Source: an uncultured Candidatus Saccharibacteria bacterium (GTDB lineage: Bacteria; Patescibacteriota; Saccharimonadia; Saccharimonadales; CAZICT01). Taken from it: a stretch of 64,000 bases of DNA. The first letter of the stretch is position 1. Each line of letters opens with the position of its first letter. The stretch lies in the NCBI GenBank assembly GCA_964537935.1, contig CAZICT010000001.1, positions 200,228-264,227 of the forward strand, given 5' to 3'. Made by a program: the position numbers and the translations under genes. The notes under the pieces were generated by a model. That model searched no databases, was not told the origin of the DNA, and saw nothing but the letters and a program-made list of their open reading frames with translations. This document shows positions 28,725 through 37,548 of the stretch, one piece after another.

Positions 28725-30464
28725 ATGGAGCAAGTAACAGATAAACACTACCATATCTATGCGCGGGTAACGACGTTTTTTGCGTTGTTGCTTTTCTTGG
28801 GCGCATTGTCGACAGAATTTATATCAGCCGTTCGTGATATAGGCGCTATGGCGGGCTTTACGACGTTTACGGCCATGATTACAGGCCTTAGTATCGTTTA
28901 CTATTTTGCGTTGTACCGTTTGCTTTTCAAGATAAAACCATGGTTGAGCGCGTTTATCAGCGGACTGCTTATTACCTTGGCTGTTTTCGGACTCATACAT
29001 ACAACCGGCCAGCTTCAATCGCCGTGGCTATTAGCTTGGGCGCTAATAACCTTGGCAAACGGTTTATTCGGCTCGTTCGCAATGGTATATAGCGGGTTCC
29101 TGATAACGCTTTATTATGTCGTTTTGCATACGCAGGCAAATGGCACGTTTGAGTTTAGTGCAATTGATACGGCTGTTGTAGGCGTGTTTTATATCGTCAG
29201 TTTTCTTGGCTATATACTATGGCGGCATGCTTACGCAGCCAAACAAACCCAGCAGGTGAGTAAATTATCCGGACTGGTTAAAAGCAAGCAGACCGAAAGC
29301 GAAATCCTTATCCAGTCTATTACCGATGGAATATTGGTAGTCGACACCGCACGCAAAATTACTTCCATTAATCCGGCGGCGGCTAAGATGGCGGGCTGGA
29401 CCGCCGAAGATGCGCTCGGGATAGACGTTACGCAAGTAATAAGAGTGTACGAAGAAAATGTTAAGGATATCAGCACCGCAAATCCGCAAGATGTATTTGG
29501 TGCGGTTCTAAAGACGCAAAAGCAATTCCAGGCAACGCTTCAGTTAATTGCTCGAAGCGGTAAACAACTGTATGTTTCGGTGATTATTTCACCGGTAAAA
29601 CCTGATGAGAACCAGCCGATGGTCGGCGCTATAGCCGTGATGCGTGACATAAGCGCTACTAGGCAAGAGGAGCAACGGCGAGCTGACTTTATCAGTACCG
29701 CAAGCCATGAAATGCGTACTCCGGTGGCCGCAATTGAAGGTTATCTGGCATTGGCACTGAATGATAAAGTAACCAAGATTGATCAAAAAGCCCGAGCTTA
29801 CTTAGAAAAGGCCCACTCCAGCACCCAGCATCTTGGCAAACTATTCCAGGATCTTCTCACCAGCGCGAAAGCTGAAGATGGACGGCTAGTCAGCCATCCT
29901 GTCGTAACCGAAATGGGTTCATATCTGGAACAAATCGCTGATTCACTAAGATTTACCGCCGAAAAGAAAGGCTTGTTAATAGAATTTTCTATAGGGGTAA
30001 CATCAACCGAAAAAGCTGCTTTAAGCGGTGGCAAAGTAATCAAGCCGTTGTATTACGTTCATGTTGACCCCGACAGGATGAGAGAAGTTATAACCAATCT
30101 CTTCGATAATGCGGTCAAATATACCGAAACCGGAAAGATTTCCATTGGCTTGACCGGAAATAACGACGTAGCACAAATGTACATACGCGATACCGGCCCA
30201 GGCATCGCACCGGAAGACGTTCCGCATCTGTTCCAGAAATTCTATCGCGTCGATAACTCTTCCACCCGCACTATCGGTGGTACGGGACTTGGATTGTTTA
30301 TCTGCAAAAAGATTGTCGAGCTTTATAACGGCCGTATCTGGGTTGACAGCAAGGTCGGCGAGGGTAGTACTTTCTACATAAATCTACCGCGTCTGTCGAC
30401 GCAAAAGGCCAGTGAAATGCAGGCTCAAGAAATGAAACAAGGTGTTGGGTTGCCGAATGTATAA
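28725..30464 (+). CDS. Multi-TM PAS sensor histidine kinase
   Basis: About six TM helices, PAS (SITDGILVVD...INPAA), H-box ASHEMRTPV, NLFDNAVKYT, DTGPGI, GGTGLGL. Confidence 0.94.
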   Translation: MEQVTDKHYHIYARVTTFFALLLFLGALSTEFISAVRDIGAMAGFTTFTAMITGLSIVYYFALYRLLFKIKPWLSAFISGLLITLAVFGLIHTTGQLQSPWLLAWALITLANGLFGSFAMVYSGFLITLYYVVLHTQANGTFEFSAIDTAVVGVFYIVSFLGYILWRHAYAAKQTQQVSKLSGLVKSKQTESEILIQSITDGILVVDTARKITSINPAAAKMAGWTAEDALGIDVTQVIRVYEENVKDISTANPQDVFGAVLKTQKQFQATLQLIARSGKQLYVSVIISPVKPDENQPMVGAIAVMRDISATRQEEQRRADFISTASHEMRTPVAAIEGYLALALNDKVTKIDQKARAYLEKAHSSTQHLGKLFQDLLTSAKAEDGRLVSHPVVTEMGSYLEQIADSLRFTAEKKGLLIEFSIGVTSTEKAALSGGKVIKPLYYVHVDPDRMREVITNLFDNAVKYTETGKISIGLTGNNDVAQMYIRDTGPGIAPEDVPHLFQKFYRVDNSSTRTIGGTGLGLFICKKIVELYNGRIWVDSKVGEGSTFYINLPRLSTQKASEMQAQEMKQGVGLPNV

Positions 30465-30549
30465 CCACTACTATTGTGAACTTTTACCTCGTGGTACAAT
30501 ACCAACTAACATAAGCATTTATAACGCTAATAAAAGGGTATAAACTTCT

Positions 30550-32163
30550 ATGGCAAAAATCATGCTCGTCGAAGACGACAACAACTTACGCGAAATCTAT
30601 GAAGCGCGCTTACTTGCTGAAGGTTATGAAATAGTTTCAGCTAAGGATGGCGAAGAAGCCCTGGCGTTGGCCGTAAAAGAAAAGCCCGATCTAATTATTT
30701 CCGATGTCATGATGCCTAAGATTAGTGGTTTTGACATGCTTGATATTCTGCGCAGTACACCGGAAACAAAACACACCAAGGTTATTATGATGACCGCTCT
30801 ATCACAGATAGAAGATAAAAACCGTGCCAACAAGCTCGGTGCTGACCGCTATTTAGTGAAGTCTCAGGTAACACTTGAAGATGTGGCTAAAGTTGCACGC
30901 GAAGTGTTATCGGATGATGACGCTACAGGACCTGTCGTAGGTATTCAACCGGCAGATACTCCTGATGCTACCAGTGATGAACCAGCTCAGCCAGCCACTG
31001 AGCAGCCAGAACCTGTCTCTGCTCAGCAGCCTACAACTTCTCCCGTTACCCCTCCTGAGGCAGCTGCTCCACAACCTACCCAAGAAACAACTCCGCAACC
31101 GGACTCACAACCTGAACAGCAGACTACCGCTCCAAATAGCGAAGCTAACGTCTCTGAACAGCCGCAAACTACACCACCGGCACCTGAACCGGTACAAGCA
31201 CCGGCAGATTCAGCGGTCTCGACACCTGCGAGCCAACCGGCTAATGACAATCAGCAACAACCGGCTCAAACTGTGAACGAGCCAACTACTACTCAAAGTG
31301 ATGACCAAGCCTCAGCCCCAACGACTAACGATCAAGCAGATGCTATGCAGTCAGCTACTTCACAGCCACAAACTCCACAGACCGACGCTGCTTCACAGCC
31401 GGCTGCCACCACCGTAAACCCTTCTCAGCCGTCAACCGCAACACCGACAAATGAAACACAACCACAAGACACCACCACGCTCGGTAGTGTCGGTGTGGAC
31501 CCAAACCTGACACGATCAACAGAAAATGAGCAAAAAGCGGTCAACGACAAGATCAACGAATTCGTAGAAAGTATACCCTCAGAAGAACCAGAACCTGAAC
31601 CACCGGCTGCTCCCGAACCAGCGCCGGCAGAGCAAAATCATGACGGCGAACTTGGAAGCACTGATGAAACCAGCGCATCACTACCAACAAGTGAAGGCCT
31701 ACAAGAAATCGAAGTCGCTACCGCTCCAGTCGACAGCACAGCTGATGCTTCAAATAACGCTGCTAAACTTGCCGACGCTGCAAATGCTGTTCTTCAGCCT
31801 GAAGAAACTGCCCCAGCCCCAGAGGCGGCTCAATCGCAGCCAGAAACCGTCCAACCCGCACAAACACCTGAAGCCAGCTCTGAGCCTGACAGTAGTCAAC
31901 CACCACAACCGGCTAACGCTGCCCGTAAAGTTATTCAGCCACTCAACGATCCAAACGCCCAAAGGCCAGACCTCAATGAACTGGCTGCCAAAGAGGCACA
32001 GAACGAAGCTTCACAACCAACCCAACCAAATGCTGTTGTTAATCCTGCGGACCAAACAGTGCAGGCACCGCCACAGCAACCTGCAGCACCAACCACTCAA
32101 GATACGGTCGGTAATGTAGTCCAGCCCAACGATCCGAACGATCCTAATTCAATCGCATTGTAG
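30550..32163 (+). CDS. Response regulator receiver with ~410-aa low-complexity P/Q/T/A/E tail
   Basis: KIMLVEDD, ISDVMMP, TAL, YLVK, then a disordered-looking tail. Confidence 0.85.
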   Translation: MAKIMLVEDDNNLREIYEARLLAEGYEIVSAKDGEEALALAVKEKPDLIISDVMMPKISGFDMLDILRSTPETKHTKVIMMTALSQIEDKNRANKLGADRYLVKSQVTLEDVAKVAREVLSDDDATGPVVGIQPADTPDATSDEPAQPATEQPEPVSAQQPTTSPVTPPEAAAPQPTQETTPQPDSQPEQQTTAPNSEANVSEQPQTTPPAPEPVQAPADSAVSTPASQPANDNQQQPAQTVNEPTTTQSDDQASAPTTNDQADAMQSATSQPQTPQTDAASQPAATTVNPSQPSTATPTNETQPQDTTTLGSVGVDPNLTRSTENEQKAVNDKINEFVESIPSEEPEPEPPAAPEPAPAEQNHDGELGSTDETSASLPTSEGLQEIEVATAPVDSTADASNNAAKLADAANAVLQPEETAPAPEAAQSQPETVQPAQTPEASSEPDSSQPPQPANAARKVIQPLNDPNAQRPDLNELAAKEAQNEASQPTQPNAVVNPADQTVQAPPQQPAAPTTQDTVGNVVQPNDPNDPNSIAL

Positions 32164-32175
32164 TACCATAAAGCC

Positions 32176-32829
32176 ATGAGGCTTAATCAGTTTATTGCAC
32201 ACGCCAGCGGACTTTCACGTCGCGCCGCCGATCAGGCAATCGCTGATAACCGTGTTACTGTTAATGAACACAGAGCATACATAGGCCAAACGGTGCAGTT
32301 AAATGATGTTGTCACCCTTGACGGTCAGGTTTTAAATTTACCCGAGTCACACACAACTATCATGCTTAATAAACCTCCCGGTTACGTCTGCTCACGCGAA
32401 GGACAGGGAAGTAAGACCATCTATAAACTACTCCCAGAAAAGTACCATTCACTTAAACCAGTTGGGCGACTCGATAAAAATTCCTCTGGACTACTACTGC
32501 TTACTGACGACGGCGAACTAGCAAATAGACTGACACATCCTTCGTTTAAGAAAGAAAAAGTCTACGAGGTGAAATTAGATAAAGAGGTGTCTAAAGCAGA
32601 TTTTGAACAGATCACTAAACGGGGAGTAGAACTTGACGACGGGCCAAGCCGATTTAAGCTAGTGAAAATTAGCGGCAGTGAATGGAAAGTAATAATGAGT
32701 GAAGGCCGTAACCGCCAGATTCGCCGCACCTTTCAAGCTTTAGGCTATGCAGTATCTCGATTGCACCGCACTTCGCTCGGCGACTATGCTTTAGGTAAAC
32801 TGCCGGCAGGCGAATGCAAGGTCGTTTAG
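32176..32829 (+). CDS. rRNA pseudouridine synthase (RsuA/RluB family)
   Basis: S4 domain MRLNQFIA...SRR, LNKPPGYV, VGRLDKNSSGLLLLTDDG, EGRNRQIRR. Confidence 0.93.
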   Translation: MRLNQFIAHASGLSRRAADQAIADNRVTVNEHRAYIGQTVQLNDVVTLDGQVLNLPESHTTIMLNKPPGYVCSREGQGSKTIYKLLPEKYHSLKPVGRLDKNSSGLLLLTDDGELANRLTHPSFKKEKVYEVKLDKEVSKADFEQITKRGVELDDGPSRFKLVKISGSEWKVIMSEGRNRQIRRTFQALGYAVSRLHRTSLGDYALGKLPAGECKVV

Positions 32830-33131
32830 CCAATTGGCTGATCGATGACCGCAGCCTTCAGTGCATAAACGCCCGGCGACCATTCGCCGTTATAACTGCA
32901 AACTATACCGTCACCGTAAGGATCCAGTGGTCTTTCAACCCCTTCTACTTCAATCATGCCACCAATCCAGCCGTCACCCTCATATACAGGTGCAGCTTTT
33001 ACCGTGGCTACTTTTTCGACAACCGGCTCTCGAGATCCTTCAGCATGCTTAACAACCATGAAGCTCAGCCCGGGAGTCAGATCACCGACTCCAATGGCTT
33101 CGTGGTGATTGGGGTTTTTAGGATATCCCAT
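32826..33131 (-). CDS. Hypothetical protein
   Basis: 101-aa ORF with AT-rich promoter-like upstream region. Confidence 0.5.
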   Translation of the reverse strand: MGYPKNPNHHEAIGVGDLTPGLSFMVVKHAEGSREPVVEKVATVKAAPVYEGDGWIGGMIEVEGVERPLDPYGDGIVCSYNGEWSPGVYALKAAVIDQPIG

Positions 33132-33195
33132 AATTAAATGTATTAAAATTTAATATTACGATTTTGTCAATAGTAACTCTCTCTTATATAATGTA

Positions 33196-34548
33196 GTGGT
33201 GAGCAAAAAATTACCTATCATCGCGATTGTGGGGCGAGCCAACGTGGGCAAGTCCAGTTTGTTTAACGCCGTTTTGGACAGGCGTGAAGCAATTGTAGCT
33301 CGCGAAGCCGGAACTACACGCGACAGCATCAGCGCCAAAGCCACTTATAACGGTCAGGATTTTTGGCTGGTTGATACAGCAGGCGTTAAAGAAGCTGAGG
33401 ATGAATTTGAATTTACTATTCAAGAACAAATTGCTCAAGCAGCTGACAGCGCCGATATTATTTGGGTGGTTATAGAAGCCCATACAGCTATCAGCGAAGA
33501 TGACCGCAGGATTGCTAAAATGGCACTCAAAACTAAAAAGCCGGTATTTTTAGTAGTTAATAAATCTGATAAGCAACCGAAAGCTGTGCCGGAAGATTAT
33601 CAAAGGCTGGGAATTAAACAGATTAATCTTACCAGCGTAACGCAGCACCGGGGAATTAACGAACTGCTCGACAAGCTCATTGAGCATATTCCAAAAGCGC
33701 GGTTGAAAGAAGACGCAAACCGTATTCACGTAGCTCTGCTTGGAAGACCAAATGTCGGAAAATCATATCTTTTTAATTCTCTGGTTAAAAAACAACAGGC
33801 CATTGTTGCTGACAGGGCAGGTACCACGCGAGACATTAACCGCCAACAAGTTAAATACATGGGCACTACCCTTGAGATTATGGATACGGCGGGTATACGA
33901 CGCAGCGGCAAGATCGAAAAAGGTATCGAACAGTTCAGTGTGATCCGTTCGCTGGCAGCCATCGAACAAGCTGACGTATGTCTGCTGCTTATGGACGCTA
34001 ATGAGTTTAACACGCAGCTGGACCAGAAAATCACCGGTATGGTCAAAGAAGCCGGAAAAGGATTAGTTTTAGTCGTTAGTAAGTGGGATAGCCTTGAGGA
34101 TAAGACGCCATATACCCGCGATCAGATGGCTGCTCAAATAAAGCAAACTTATGATTTCGTTCCGTGGGCACCACTCATATTTACAAGCGCAGTAACCGGT
34201 CAGAATGTCACTAAATTATTTGATCTCGTACTTTCAATAGCCGCCGAACGCCAGAAGCAAATAAAAACCAACGATCTAAACCGTTGGCTCAATCGTATCA
34301 CCGATCAGCACCCTCCGGCCGGGCTTAAGAATCGTTCGCCAAAACTTAATTACATGGTGCAAGAAAAAGACAATCCAACCAACTTTAAAATTTACGGGTC
34401 TCACACCAAGTTCCTTCACTGGAGTTATAAACGGTTTATGGAAAAAGAATTACGTAATACTTATGGCTTTGAGGGCACTGCCCTGAAGTTATGGTTCTTT
34501 GAAAAGCATCTATCGCATAAACACGGTATCAGCCCTACTAAGGAGTAG
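33196..34548 (+). CDS. der: Ribosome biogenesis GTPase Der (EngA)
   Basis: Two G domains: GRANVGKS/DTAG/NKSD and GRPNVGKS/DTAG/SKWD. Confidence 0.96.
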   Translation: MVSKKLPIIAIVGRANVGKSSLFNAVLDRREAIVAREAGTTRDSISAKATYNGQDFWLVDTAGVKEAEDEFEFTIQEQIAQAADSADIIWVVIEAHTAISEDDRRIAKMALKTKKPVFLVVNKSDKQPKAVPEDYQRLGIKQINLTSVTQHRGINELLDKLIEHIPKARLKEDANRIHVALLGRPNVGKSYLFNSLVKKQQAIVADRAGTTRDINRQQVKYMGTTLEIMDTAGIRRSGKIEKGIEQFSVIRSLAAIEQADVCLLLMDANEFNTQLDQKITGMVKEAGKGLVLVVSKWDSLEDKTPYTRDQMAAQIKQTYDFVPWAPLIFTSAVTGQNVTKLFDLVLSIAAERQKQIKTNDLNRWLNRITDQHPPAGLKNRSPKLNYMVQEKDNPTNFKIYGSHTKFLHWSYKRFMEKELRNTYGFEGTALKLWFFEKHLSHKHGISPTKE

Positions 34549-34549
34549 T

Positions 34550-34720
34550 TTATTGGTCAGATTTTAGATCAAACAGCTGCTTGCTCATAGTAGTTTGGTT
34601 ATCTTCCAGGAGATCGATTTGGCGTTGTTGCCGCCAACTCTGGACCAATAGAAGCAGGGTTATTATTGCCAGTAGAGCTATCGCTATACGGAGACTACGC
34701 GTATCTTCATGTTTCATCAT
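34550..34720 (-). CDS. Small single-TM hypothetical protein
   Basis: MMKHEDTRSLRIAIALLAIITLLLLVQSW...; start reassigned. Confidence 0.5.
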   Translation of the reverse strand: MMKHEDTRSLRIAIALLAIITLLLLVQSWRQQRQIDLLEDNQTTMSKQLFDLKSDQ

Positions 34721-34779
34721 ATTCAGTATACCTAAATTTGCTGGTTTTAAGCGGGGCTTTTCGCTATGCTTAAGGACAT

Positions 34780-35412
34780 ATGGGACTATTCCAGAGACAG
34801 GACAAAACAAACCCTACTGCTGCGCTATATACATTCGGCCAACAAAAATCGGTAGTGATTGTCGGCCTGGGTAATATCGGTGCTAAATATCATCGCACCA
34901 GGCACAACATCGGCTTTGCATGCATCGATGCTTTTGCTGACAAAATGGAATTTCCTGGCTGGCAAGAAAAGAAAGACCTAAAGTGCTACATGACAGCCAA
35001 TACGCTCGGACAAACGAGGGTAATCCTAATAAAGCCTACTACTTATATGAATCTCAGCGGCGAAGCTGTTCAGGCAGTTTGTCAATTTTATAAGGTCGCT
35101 CCAAACGAAGTGGTGGTTGTTCATGATGAACTTGATATACCATTCGGGCAAATACGCACCCGTATCGGAGGAAGCGCCGCCGGCCATAACGGCGTCAAAT
35201 CGATCATTCAACACCTTGGTGAAGATTTTGGTAGAGTACGTATTGGTATTGGCGCCGACACACGACTGGATAGCGCCGACTTTGTATTAGCTAAATTCTC
35301 TAAGGATGAAGAACGGCAATTGTCATACCTATTAAACGAATCTGTGTCACTGCTTACGGAGTTTGTTTATTCAGGAAATCTTTTGCACGAAACCCGTAAT
35401 TTCATTGTCTGA
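34780..35412 (+). CDS. pth: Peptidyl-tRNA hydrolase
   Basis: IVGLGNIG, TRHNIGF, KPTTYMNLSG, VVHDELD, GHNGVKS, RVRIGIG. Confidence 0.96.
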   Translation: MGLFQRQDKTNPTAALYTFGQQKSVVIVGLGNIGAKYHRTRHNIGFACIDAFADKMEFPGWQEKKDLKCYMTANTLGQTRVILIKPTTYMNLSGEAVQAVCQFYKVAPNEVVVVHDELDIPFGQIRTRIGGSAAGHNGVKSIIQHLGEDFGRVRIGIGADTRLDSADFVLAKFSKDEERQLSYLLNESVSLLTEFVYSGNLLHETRNFIV

Positions 35413-35475
35413 AACGCGCTACTGCTTGCATAAGGGGAGCGTATTTTTTAGACTTTATTCCATCAGGAGTAAGTT

Positions 35476-36043
35476 GTGACAGATATAGACAGGATCGAGC
35501 ATTCTTTTCTATCGCTAACGGATGCGATGGGTTTTCATGAACTGGCGGAGGGGCAGACCGCATTAAGAGCTACGATTGGTCTGCTGAAGGACCGGGAAGA
35601 TGACCCCATTGGGCCAACACAGTTTACTGTCGTCGCAGGAACCGTTACTAGTACTGAGTTTGTAATACCATTGACCGAAAAAAATACCGGAAGCCTGTAT
35701 AGCGATACAGCCCTACATAAAAGTTTCGTATGTTAATCCTTTATCCGGCAGTCGCCTGAGGGAAGGAACGTCACATAGAGAGCACATAGAGCCGCATAAA
35801 GATTCGACATTTCTGCGTCTCAAAAATACTGTAATCAGACCCGATGACGTACGCACGGAGACAATCAAGCTAGTTTCCGCCAGCGAAACATCAGACGAGG
35901 CGGCTTTAACTACCGTGCGCAGAGACGACAATATTCATACCATGCTTGAAACACTGCTGTCTTTAAAGCAGGAATCCCGCCGGGCGTCCACTTTATATCA
36001 ACTCTCACGGATTGCGTTAAGAAGTTTAAGGACCTTGAAATAA
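35476..36043 (+). pseudogene. Frameshifted hypothetical gene
   Basis: ORF 35476-35736 continues in the +1 frame to TAA at 36041-36043 if one A is removed from the A7 run at 35678-35684. Confidence 0.5.
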
Positions 36044-36084
36044 AACGAGCCTCCAGAGGGGGTGGGCACCACTGGAGGCTCGTT
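36040..36084 (-). terminator. Intrinsic terminator hairpin
   Basis: 13-bp perfect stem 36044-36056/36072-36084 followed by a U-rich tract on the minus strand. Confidence 0.75.
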
Positions 36085-36370
36085 ACACCCTTCAAGCCCA
36101 CCAGCGAAGCATCGTGCAATAAATCTCTCTTTGCAGTGCCTCCCAAAAAAAGGGAATCTTTTTGGACTCGCTTTGAAGTACATACAACCAAATCGGTAGT
36201 ATGCGGTGTCTTAAAGGGGTTAGTTTGTTTTAGAGCGTTGTGCCCATTTAGGCACGAAGGAGATAAGTGGAGGGTAACAACTTATATCTATGGCGCTCTA
36301 AAACAATCTAACAAAATGTTAGAAATATAGGGGTAAAAGGTACGTAATACATCTTTATGATGCTTACGAA
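36040..36370 (-). ncRNA. Unassigned ~330-nt structured ncRNA
   Basis: Own promoter and terminator, two multibranched domains, 7-bp pseudoknot, no credible ORF. Confidence 0.65.
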
Positions 36371-36375
36371 TTGCA

Positions 36376-36404
36376 ATTTTAACAAAAATATTATTTTGTG
36401 TCAA
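36376..36404 (-). promoter_or_regulatory. Near-consensus sigma70 promoter
   Basis: TTGACA (36404-36399), 17 nt, TAAAAT (36381-36376), with extended -10 TGn. Confidence 0.75.
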
Positions 36405-36510
36405 TACTTAAAACTAATTTTGTGTGATTATCAATAATATATGATGATGCAACACGAGCATTAACAAAACACGAGTTTAGCTTTATACTTTATATAATAA
36501 AGTAATTATC

Positions 36511-37365
36511 ATGACAGAAACGGTTATAACAGGCGACAGCCAAACTTTTCCTGAAACCCTCAGAACAATTAGTTCACCACCTAAGCGTTTATTCTATCTC
36601 GGTGACATATCAGTTGTTAAAAGACCCTTATTATCGGTTGTAGGCAGTCGCAAGGTTACACCTTATGGCAGGCAGGTGACGACTTCATTATGCGAAGAAG
36701 TTGCAAGTAAAGGCGTGGTTATCGTAAGCGGACTGGCATTCGGGGTAGATTCTCTGGCTCATGAAGCGGCGCTTCGAAGCGGAACTCCTACCATAGCTGT
36801 GCTTCCCGCAGGTCTGGATACTATCTATCCGGCCTCACATTCGCAGCTGGCAAAAAAGATCGTCAACGAAGGGGGATTACTCATAACCGAATATCCGCAT
36901 AATACTCCTGCGCTGAGGCAGAACTTTATCGCACGCAACCGGATAGTTTCGGGACTTAGCAAGGCTGTACTCATAACTGAGGCTGCACAGCGAAGCGGAA
37001 CACTACATACAGCCAATTTCGCACTTGAGCAGGGTAGGGTCGTTATGGCAATTCCGGGCAATATCACTAATCCAATGAGCGTCGGTACGAATAATTTAAT
37101 TAAGGCTGGCGCCCTACCTGTAACATCTTCTGAAGATATATTGCTGGCACTTGGAATGGATACTAGAAAACTGGATATTGAAACAATGAGCGCCAATGAA
37201 CAAGAAGCCGCAATTATTGCACTCCTAAAAGAGGGTATAAATGAAGGCAATGAGCTACTGGCTGCAAGCAGACTATCAACCCAGGAGTTCAACCAAACAC
37301 TTACTATGATGGAAATTACCGGCAAAGTTTATCCGCTCGGCGCCGGTAAATGGTCGCTCAAATAA
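36511..37365 (+). CDS. dprA: DNA-processing protein DprA
   Basis: VVGSRK.TPYG, IVSGLAFGVD..AH, FIARNRIVSGLS, SGTLHTA, GTNNLIK.GA. Confidence 0.95.
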   Translation: MTETVITGDSQTFPETLRTISSPPKRLFYLGDISVVKRPLLSVVGSRKVTPYGRQVTTSLCEEVASKGVVIVSGLAFGVDSLAHEAALRSGTPTIAVLPAGLDTIYPASHSQLAKKIVNEGGLLITEYPHNTPALRQNFIARNRIVSGLSKAVLITEAAQRSGTLHTANFALEQGRVVMAIPGNITNPMSVGTNNLIKAGALPVTSSEDILLALGMDTRKLDIETMSANEQEAAIIALLKEGINEGNELLAASRLSTQEFNQTLTMMEITGKVYPLGAGKWSLK

Positions 37366-37548
37366 AGTTATATCAAAAAACCATTGCAATGATGCCGGCA
37401 ATCGCGTAGTGTAATTTGCCAGACAGCAGAAATTCCTGTAGGCTGCCGTCTGGTAGAGAATTTACTTTATGTCATTAGACACCGGGGTAATCAATCATCC
37501 AACTTGCTGTAAATACATTAATATAGGTACACTATACGAAGCATTAGC

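Noticed and set aside
30930-32160. Tandem DNA repeats in the response-regulator tail
   Set aside because: Compositional bias only; no exact repeat unit is visible.
36227-36304. GTTTTAGAGC...GCTCTAAAAC resembling a type II CRISPR repeat or tracrRNA
   Set aside because: Only one inverted pair within a hairpin; no direct-repeat/spacer array and no cas gene in the window.
36040-36370. tmRNA, RNase P RNA or SRP RNA identity; ORFs 35910-36191, 35998-36183 and 36136-36330
   Set aside because: No tRNA-like ends with T-loop/CCA, no GAGGAAAGUCC and no SRP GGAA-loop motif. The ORFs lack an RBS, and the minus-strand ones cross the terminator.
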